A DNA stretch of 64,000 nt from Candidatus Eiseniibacteriota bacterium. GTDB lineage: Bacteria; Eisenbacteria; RBG-16-71-46. Numbering within the stretch: position 1 is the stretch's first letter; every line of letters begins with the position of its first letter. The position numbers and the translations under genes were made by a program. Under the pieces are notes generated by a model. It did not search any database. It was given only the letters and a program-made list of their open reading frames with translations, and was not told the DNA's origin. Of this stretch, positions 58,452-64,000 are shown one piece after another. Location: positions 143,607 through 207,606 of the forward strand of contig JBGAML010000007.1 of assembly GCA_044223005.1 (NCBI GenBank), given 5' to 3'.

Positions 58452-59372
58452 ATGGCGATGCCGTCTTTCGACAAGATGCTGCGTCCGATTCTCGAGCTTG
58501 CGAGCGAGTCCGAAATCACTCGCCAGTCCGCGACCAGCGCAATGACCGCGCACTTCGGGCTGACCCCCGAAGAAGTCGCATATCGCATTCCCAGTGGCAG
58601 AGCAACTACGGTTCGGAATCGCGCTGGCTGGGCGATGACGTTCCTGACCAAGGGCGGGCTTATCTCCAAGGTGCGCCCGAAGACGTATCGCGCCACGCAG
58701 GCGGGTATCGCGTTTCTTCGAGAGCACCCGAAGGCGATCACGGTGCCCGACCTCAAGACGATTGAGGGCTGGGAAGAAGCGTGGGTGTCAAAGAAGCAAT
58801 CTGGACACCCGTCCAATCTAGACGAAGGCGAGCTCAGCAGCGCGACGCCGTTAGAACTCATCGACGGCGCGATCGCGGCGTTCAATGACGAGTTGCGGTC
58901 CCGACTGCTCGACGCAATTCTCGCCCAATCCCCGGCCTTCTTCGAACAGCTGGTGCTGGATGTGTTGCTAGCCATGGGCTATGGCGGTTCCCGCGAAGAT
59001 GCCGCGGAGCATCTGGGTCAGAGCAATGACGAGGGAATCGATGGGCGAATCAACCAGGATCCTCTCGGACTGGATCAGATTCTGGTCCAAGCCAAGCGGT
59101 ATGCACCGGATCGCGTCATCGATCGCATGGCGATTCAGGCTTTCGTGGGTTCACTTGCGGGGAAGGGCGTCACAAAGGGCATCTTCATCACAACGAGCCG
59201 GTTCGCCGCCACGGCGGAGGAGTTCGTGCAGCGCGGTTCGAACACGAAGATCGTCCTGATCGACGGCAAGGCGCTCCTCGACCTCATGATGACGCACCAC
59301 ATCGGCGTTCGAGTCGAGCGCTCCCTCGAGGTCATGGAAATCGACCAGAACTACTTCGAGGAGGACGAATAA
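58452..59372 (+). CDS. mrr: Mrr type IV restriction endonuclease
   Basis: Mrr_N RNRAGWAMTFL; Mrr_cat FFEQLV, DEGIDG, QAKRY, GIFITTS.F. Confidence 0.93.
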   Translation: MAMPSFDKMLRPILELASESEITRQSATSAMTAHFGLTPEEVAYRIPSGRATTVRNRAGWAMTFLTKGGLISKVRPKTYRATQAGIAFLREHPKAITVPDLKTIEGWEEAWVSKKQSGHPSNLDEGELSSATPLELIDGAIAAFNDELRSRLLDAILAQSPAFFEQLVLDVLLAMGYGGSREDAAEHLGQSNDEGIDGRINQDPLGLDQILVQAKRYAPDRVIDRMAIQAFVGSLAGKGVTKGIFITTSRFAATAEEFVQRGSNTKIVLIDGKALLDLMMTHHIGVRVERSLEVMEIDQNYFEEDE

Positions 59373-59417
59373 CCCCTGCGAACTGAGGCTATCCCAGCGC
59401 GCAATCCGGGGAGCAGG

Positions 59418-59807
59418 TCAATGATCGCGCGAATGCAGCGTATCCGCAGGCTGAGGAGTGGGGCCGTGAGCGGCGAGCGCCGGGGCGACAGGTTGGTGGC
59501 CGAGGCGGATCCTGAAGCTGACGGAGACTGTTGCTGAGAGAACGATGAAGAGCAACACCCCCAGGGCCCAGGCGGTTCGTCGGGAGAGAGTTGACTCGAG
59601 GAGCTTGCGAAACCCCCACATGGCGTTCACGACCATGAGAAAGAGACCGGCCAACATCACGGGCATAGAGAGCGTGCGCTCTCCGAATCCGGCGGGCCGC
59701 TCATAGAGCTCAGCAGAAACCCAGACAACGACCGCAACCAGCCCAGCATTGCGGATGCTCGTGAAGAGCCACCCCACAACCTCGTCCTTGAGGAGCTCTG
59801 ACTCCAG
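59418..59807 (-). CDS. Small hypothetical membrane protein (about 3 TM)
   Basis: Hydrophobic 3' half of ORF 59418-60059; start uncertain. Confidence 0.5.
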   Translation of the reverse strand: MESELLKDEVVGWLFTSIRNAGLVAVVVWVSAELYERPAGFGERTLSMPVMLAGLFLMVVNAMWGFRKLLESTLSRRTAWALGVLLFIVLSATVSVSFRIRLGHQPVAPALAAHGPTPQPADTLHSRDH

Positions 59808-60032
59808 GATTCCCTCTTCGAACCACCGCCATGCGCTCAAGACGCACCCCCGACAAGTGTGAACAGCTACGCAACGCTCCGGACCACGGGTCTGCTCCCC
59901 ATGTTTCGCGCAAGAATCGCCTCCTTTGATCGCGAGGAATGTACCGAAGGCACGGGCCGGCAAGACAAGTTTGCGCTCTGGTTCATGGGGCAGGCCCGTC
60001 TGGAGAGCTGCGCTCCAAGCATGTAGTCTCGA

Positions 60033-60540
60033 ACCCCCGGTCGCGCCCCACGCCGACATGTGCTAATCCTGCCCGGTCATGAGCCCTGTCCACCCCGCAC
60101 CGGGCGCGCTGATCCTTGCTGGAGGCCGCGGCGAGCGGTTCTGGCCGTGGAGCACCGCGGCCCGGCCCAAGCAGTTGCTCCCGCTCGCCCGTGACGGCCG
60201 CACGCTGCTCGCGGCCACGTTCCATCGTGCCCGGCGGCTGGTGCCGGCGGACCGCATCGTGGTCATGACGGCCGAATCGCTCGTCGACGCGTGCCGCCGC
60301 GAATGCCCGGGCGCGATCGTGGTGGGCGAGCCGGTCATGCGCAACACGGCGCCGGCCATCGCGGCCGCGGCGGCGTTCTTCGAGGACGACGCGGCGTTCG
60401 CGGTGCTGCCGTCGGACCACGCCATCGACGACGAAGCGGCGTTCGAGGCGGACCTGGCGCGTGCGTTCCAGGTCGCGAGCCGGGAAGCGGTGCTTGTCAC
60501 GTTCGGCATCCGCGCGACGAGCCCCGAGGCCAACTTCGGC
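60033..60540 (+). repeat. Direct repeat copy 1: manC upstream region and 5' end (508 bp)
   Basis: Aligns without gaps to 62731-63238, about 15 substitutions by eye. Confidence 0.95.
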
Positions 60541-60609
60541 GCGTCCTCGACCGCTGCGCTGACCGGTCGGGGCCAAGCAGGTCGTCGCCCAAGCCTGGAC
60601 GGGCATTGA
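60079..60609 (+). pseudogene. manC: 3'-truncated mannose-1-phosphate guanylyltransferase
   Basis: First 154 codons match the intact copy, then unrelated sequence. Confidence 0.92.
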
Positions 60610-60708
60610 AGCTACGAGTAAGCCCCAAGCGGGGAGCGAAACAGAAGCGGCTCCATGCTCCTGCGATCGCGTTGCGCCAGGAGGACTACGAATCGGAGCG
60701 CATTCGCT

Positions 60709-60990
60709 ATGAGGAAGCACGACGAAGCCCGCGATAGTGAAGCTCCACCGCAGGTGCGCGGTTGGCTTCGGGTCGTGTCCGGCCTGATCTCAGCGGGAGC
60801 GCTCTGGGGTGGGATCGCCGTCGCCGCTGCGACCCGATTCAGCCTCATCGGGTGGCTGTGTCTCCTCTTCATGTTGCTCTGGGTGAGCCTCTTCGGGTTC
60901 TACGCCGTCGCAGGGAGGGACCCCTTTCCTAGGCGCGAGCGTCCCGGTGATGTGGCCTACCCGGAGGATGAATCGAGGCACGAGCAGTAG
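60709..60990 (+). CDS. Small hypothetical membrane protein (2 TM)
   Basis: GGAG SD, two hydrophobic segments. Confidence 0.55.
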   Translation: MRKHDEARDSEAPPQVRGWLRVVSGLISAGALWGGIAVAAATRFSLIGWLCLLFMLLWVSLFGFYAVAGRDPFPRRERPGDVAYPEDESRHEQ

Positions 60991-61242
60991 CCACTTGCAT
61001 CGTTAGTGAACTGCCCCCAATCGCCGGCGCAATTCACGATGCCGCGCGCAGCTAACGGAGGCATCGCAAATCACGCTGCGTCAGCTTCGGGGGAACAAGT
61101 CAAAGCTCCCGCACTTGGCGCTAAGCGTGAGTTCATCGAGGGGGAACGCTTCTAACATTGGCGTGGCGCCTGCCTCAACCTGCGTACAAATGCGGTCTTG
61201 CTGGAGTGCCGCAGACCGTCCATCGCCGTGGAGGTGGATCCG

Positions 61243-62634
61243 ATGGGGAAACTACGCCCGAAGCATGCCAGCCGACTAAAGGTGCTCTGGTCCGCATTGG
61301 GGCAGGGGATTGTCGGTCGAAGGCAGTATCGGACCCGGACCATCTACGCCGCAATCGCCTTGGCCTGCACTAGCGCCATCATTCTGCTGAATGCCGAGGC
61401 AAATCCGAGCTTGACGCCGTGGAATGACACCGACGTCTGGTGGTCCAGTCCGTGCAGTTGGGCATTCTTGGCAGGTGCGCGATGTGATGAGGCCCCAAGA
61501 AGTCTCGTTCCGGGGCTTCCAAGTGCGGTGCTACCCGCACCGCCTATCGGCGGTCCTGACGCGCTATCGGGCGCTTATGCTCCACATGATCGAGCCATTC
61601 TCGAGCGATTTGGCAATTCCCAAAAGGTCGTTGTTGATAGCTTGAAACGATCATTGCGGTGCACTCCGATCGAGTGGTGGAGCGGTAGCGCCGCTCAGTC
61701 GCTTAGGCTGGCTCGGGCACGGCACCTTGGCCGATATGCCCTGCCCATACCCCACAACTACTCAAAGCCATTCTGGGCGCCACTTCTGCGCTTCTTGGAG
61801 GCAGACCCCAACGTCGACCGACAGTATTTTGAATGGCTCTGGCGGCACCGCAAAGCAGCGGTCTGGTTTCGATCAATAGCGCTAGACATCGAGCCGTGGT
61901 GGCTCTACTGCATCATGTGGCCGTGCGCGACAATTATCGCTCTTGGTTTTGCTCGCTACCGCTACTTGGTGAGCCGATTGGTCCAACGTCACGAGAGCGG
62001 CCGACTGCGGCCCGGCCTGGCTTCCGTGTTCTTTCGCGTACTCATGCCTATATTTGTGCTAGGTGGGATCATAGTTGTGATGGCGAGTCAGTTGAATATC
62101 TACCTGCCGTGGCCTCAACGCGTCCTCGAATTGCTTTTCATGACAGGCGCGTTTGTTCCAGGCGCACTGTTGTTTTGCGCTGCAAGAGCGCAGCTCGAGA
62201 GTTTGACGGTAAGCGGTGAGCCTCTGAAGACTCTGCCGCACTATCGTGCTATCGCTCGACGCGTCGACGAGTTGGGGACGATTGCCCTCTGGGTTAGTTG
62301 GCTAGCGTTGCAAGAGCGTTGGTCCCCTGGCGAGCCGGCGCCCTGGCAAGGCTATGCAGACCTCGGGATGTTTCTCCTGATCTTGGCCGTGTACCTCAAA
62401 CCAATTGGGAGATGGATCCATAAGGCGGTGGCTGAGCGGGACCAAGTGGTCGGCATCGTCCTTGCGGTTGCCGGGAGGCGCACTCCGCTCCCGCTCCTTG
62501 TCCTCTTCGCGAGTGTGCCTGTCATTCTTGGTGTCGAGATTGTCCGAGGGGGTCTTGAAGAACTCGGCGTCGGGCGGTTCGTTGGCTGGGTCATTGACCT
62601 CTTGACGCTGGTCGGGGCTACGAGGCGTACGTAG
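61243..62634 (+). CDS. Hypothetical multi-TM membrane protein
   Basis: 463-aa ORF after GGAGGT; N-terminal TM, long loop, 5-7 C-terminal TMs; atypical codon usage. Confidence 0.65.
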   Translation: MGKLRPKHASRLKVLWSALGQGIVGRRQYRTRTIYAAIALACTSAIILLNAEANPSLTPWNDTDVWWSSPCSWAFLAGARCDEAPRSLVPGLPSAVLPAPPIGGPDALSGAYAPHDRAILERFGNSQKVVVDSLKRSLRCTPIEWWSGSAAQSLRLARARHLGRYALPIPHNYSKPFWAPLLRFLEADPNVDRQYFEWLWRHRKAAVWFRSIALDIEPWWLYCIMWPCATIIALGFARYRYLVSRLVQRHESGRLRPGLASVFFRVLMPIFVLGGIIVVMASQLNIYLPWPQRVLELLFMTGAFVPGALLFCAARAQLESLTVSGEPLKTLPHYRAIARRVDELGTIALWVSWLALQERWSPGEPAPWQGYADLGMFLLILAVYLKPIGRWIHKAVAERDQVVGIVLAVAGRRTPLPLLVLFASVPVILGVEIVRGGLEELGVGRFVGWVIDLLTLVGATRRT

Positions 62635-62730
62635 TGCCTTGCGAGCTGACCTGCCTCTCGAAATCCGCGCATGGGTAGCTGCCGTGGGCCGCGTTCGAAT
62701 CGGTCGCCCTACTCAATGAGTCGTCACCCC

Positions 62731-63238
62731 ACCCCCGGTCGCGCCCCACGCCGACATGTGCTAATCCTGCCCGGTCATGAGCCCTGTCCACCCCGCACCG
62801 GGCGCGCTGATCCTCGCTGGAGGCCGCGGCGAGCGGTTCTGGCCGTGGAGCACCGCGGCCCGGCCCAAGCAGTTGCTCCCGCTCGCCCGTGACGGCCGCA
62901 CGTTGCTCGCGGCCACGTTCCATCGTGCCCGGCGGCTGGTGCCGGCGGAGCGCATCGTGGTCATGACGGCCGAATCGCTCGTCGACGCGTGCCGCCTCGA
63001 ATGCCCGGGGGCGATCGTGGTGGGCGAGCCGGTCATGCGCAACACGGCGCCGGCCATCGCGGCCGCGGCGGCGTTCTTCGAGGACGATGCGCCGTTCGCG
63101 GTGCTGCCGTCCGATCACGCCATCGACGACGAGGCGGCGTTCGAGGCGGACCTGGCGCGTGCGTTCCAGGTCGCGAGCCGCGAGGCGGTGCTGGTCACGT
63201 TCGGCATTCGCGCGACGAGCCCCGAGACCAACTTCGGC
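62731..63238 (+). repeat. Direct repeat copy 2 of the manC 5' region
   Basis: Matches 60033-60540. Confidence 0.95.
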
Positions 63239-63835
63239 TACGTGCGCCGCGGGGCCAAGCTGGGCGATCGCTTCCACCGCGTGGCGCAGTTCACCGAAAA
63301 GCCTGACCTGGCGCGTGCGACCGAATGGGTGGCCTCGGGCGAGTACCAGTGGAACAGCGGCATGTTCGTCTGGACGCGCCGCACGTTCCTCGCGGCGCTC
63401 GAGGCGGGGCGCCCGGCGATCGCGGCCGCGCTTCGGCCGCTGCGTTTCGCGGCGGGGCAGGAGCGCGCGTTCGAGCAGGCGCTGCGCGATACGTTCCCGG
63501 CGCTCGAATCGGTGTCGGTGGACTACGCGGCGCTCGAAGGCGCGCCCAACGTGGTGGTGATCGAGGCGGCGTTCGACTGGGACGACCTGGGCTCGTGGAG
63601 CGCGTGGGCCCGCCGGCAGCCGCGCGATGCGCGGGGCAACGTGACGTGGGGGGAGGCCGTGGCCGTGGAATGCGATCGCTGCATCGTGGTGGGCGACGGC
63701 GTGCTCGCGGCGCCGCTCCAGCTGCAGGACATGGTCGTGGTCGCGACGGCGCAGGGTGTGCTCGCGTGCCGAATCGCCGACAGCGAGCACGTCCGCAAGG
63801 TCTCCGAAGCCGTGCGCGCCCGGAGCGCCAAGTGA
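62777..63835 (+). CDS. manC: Mannose-1-phosphate guanylyltransferase (monofunctional, no PMI cupin)
   Basis: ILAGGRGERFWP..PKQLL, EPVMRNTAPA, PSDH, FTEKP, WNSGMF, SVDYA, WDDLGSW. Confidence 0.93.
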   Translation: MSPVHPAPGALILAGGRGERFWPWSTAARPKQLLPLARDGRTLLAATFHRARRLVPAERIVVMTAESLVDACRLECPGAIVVGEPVMRNTAPAIAAAAAFFEDDAPFAVLPSDHAIDDEAAFEADLARAFQVASREAVLVTFGIRATSPETNFGYVRRGAKLGDRFHRVAQFTEKPDLARATEWVASGEYQWNSGMFVWTRRTFLAALEAGRPAIAAALRPLRFAAGQERAFEQALRDTFPALESVSVDYAALEGAPNVVVIEAAFDWDDLGSWSAWARRQPRDARGNVTWGEAVAVECDRCIVVGDGVLAAPLQLQDMVVVATAQGVLACRIADSEHVRKVSEAVRARSAK

Positions 63836-64000
63836 GCCCGCGCCGCGCGTTCGTCGCGCTCGCCGTCGCCGCGCTGGCGGCCGTCCTCGCCGGCTGCGCC
63901 GCGAGCGGCCCGGCCGAACTGCCGCCCGCGCCGGCCGCATCGGCCGCGCTCCCCTCCGCGGCGCCGCCCACGCCCGCCGCGACGCCGGCGCGCGCCTCCG
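63832..64000 (+). CDS. Lipoprotein, 3'-truncated by window edge
   Basis: GTGA overlap with manC; MSPRRAFVALAVAALAAVLAGC lipobox then Pro/Ala linker. Confidence 0.7.
   Translation, partial: MSPRRAFVALAVAALAAVLAGCAASGPAELPPAPAASAALPSAAPPTPAATPARAS

Larger units (their letters stand above)
47557..62730. mobile_element. Accessory/defence island with IS debris and no integrase seen
   Basis: Abrupt drop in GC and codon bias (by eye) after 47.5 kb; orphan genes, IS3 remnants, RM-like genes; boundaries approximate. Confidence 0.7.

Noticed and set aside
51503..59372. Complete DISARM or BREX system
   Set aside because: No DrmA/DrmB, PglZ or BrxC genes nearby
59360..62700. Integron cassette array (TAAC/GTTAG motifs near 59370, 61002, 61053, 61153)
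   Set aside because: No paired attC boxes with internal symmetry could be built, and no intI is present
60033..63238. manC duplication as a simple exact-repeat assembly artefact
   Set aside because: Copies differ at about 15 mostly synonymous sites; a strain chimera is still not excluded without reads
1..64000. CRISPR array, tRNA or rRNA genes
   Set aside because: No regularly spaced repeats and no cloverleaf or rRNA-like sequence seen in intergenic regions (by eye only)

Overview
Very GC-rich bacterial chromosome segment in three parts. (1) 1-8.9 kb is the housekeeping block infB(3' part)-DUF503-rbfA-truB-ribF-rpsO-pnp, followed by an M16 peptidase and a DUF3108-like exported protein; the rpsO and pnp leaders are structured. 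(2) 9.4-47.6 kb is a ~38 kb Wzx/Wzy-type surface polysaccharide locus. It has an OPX export protein, a split co-polymerase/BY-kinase (kinase motifs degenerate), two flippases, a Wzy/WaaL-like protein, a priming transferase, six GT4s, four GT2s, four GT-C-like membrane proteins, DUF2304, an LPG_synthase_TM flippase, a DegT aminotransferase, two AsnB amidotransferases, an SDR epimerase and an AlgD-like GDP-mannose dehydrogenase. An unexplained pol-beta nucleotidyltransferase plus alkaline-phosphatase-superfamily pair sits directly after the kinase. (3) 47.6-62.7 kb is a visibly lower-GC accessory island with IS3 debris, orphan genes, a K+-channel-like gene, a PLD-SNF2 helicase + N6-adenine methyltransferase + Mrr defence locus, and a 508-bp diverged duplication of the manC 5' end. 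Intact manC and the start of a lipoprotein gene follow. All calls come from motif recognition by eye; no database search was run. Most long overlapping or antisense ORFs in the track are GC shadows.
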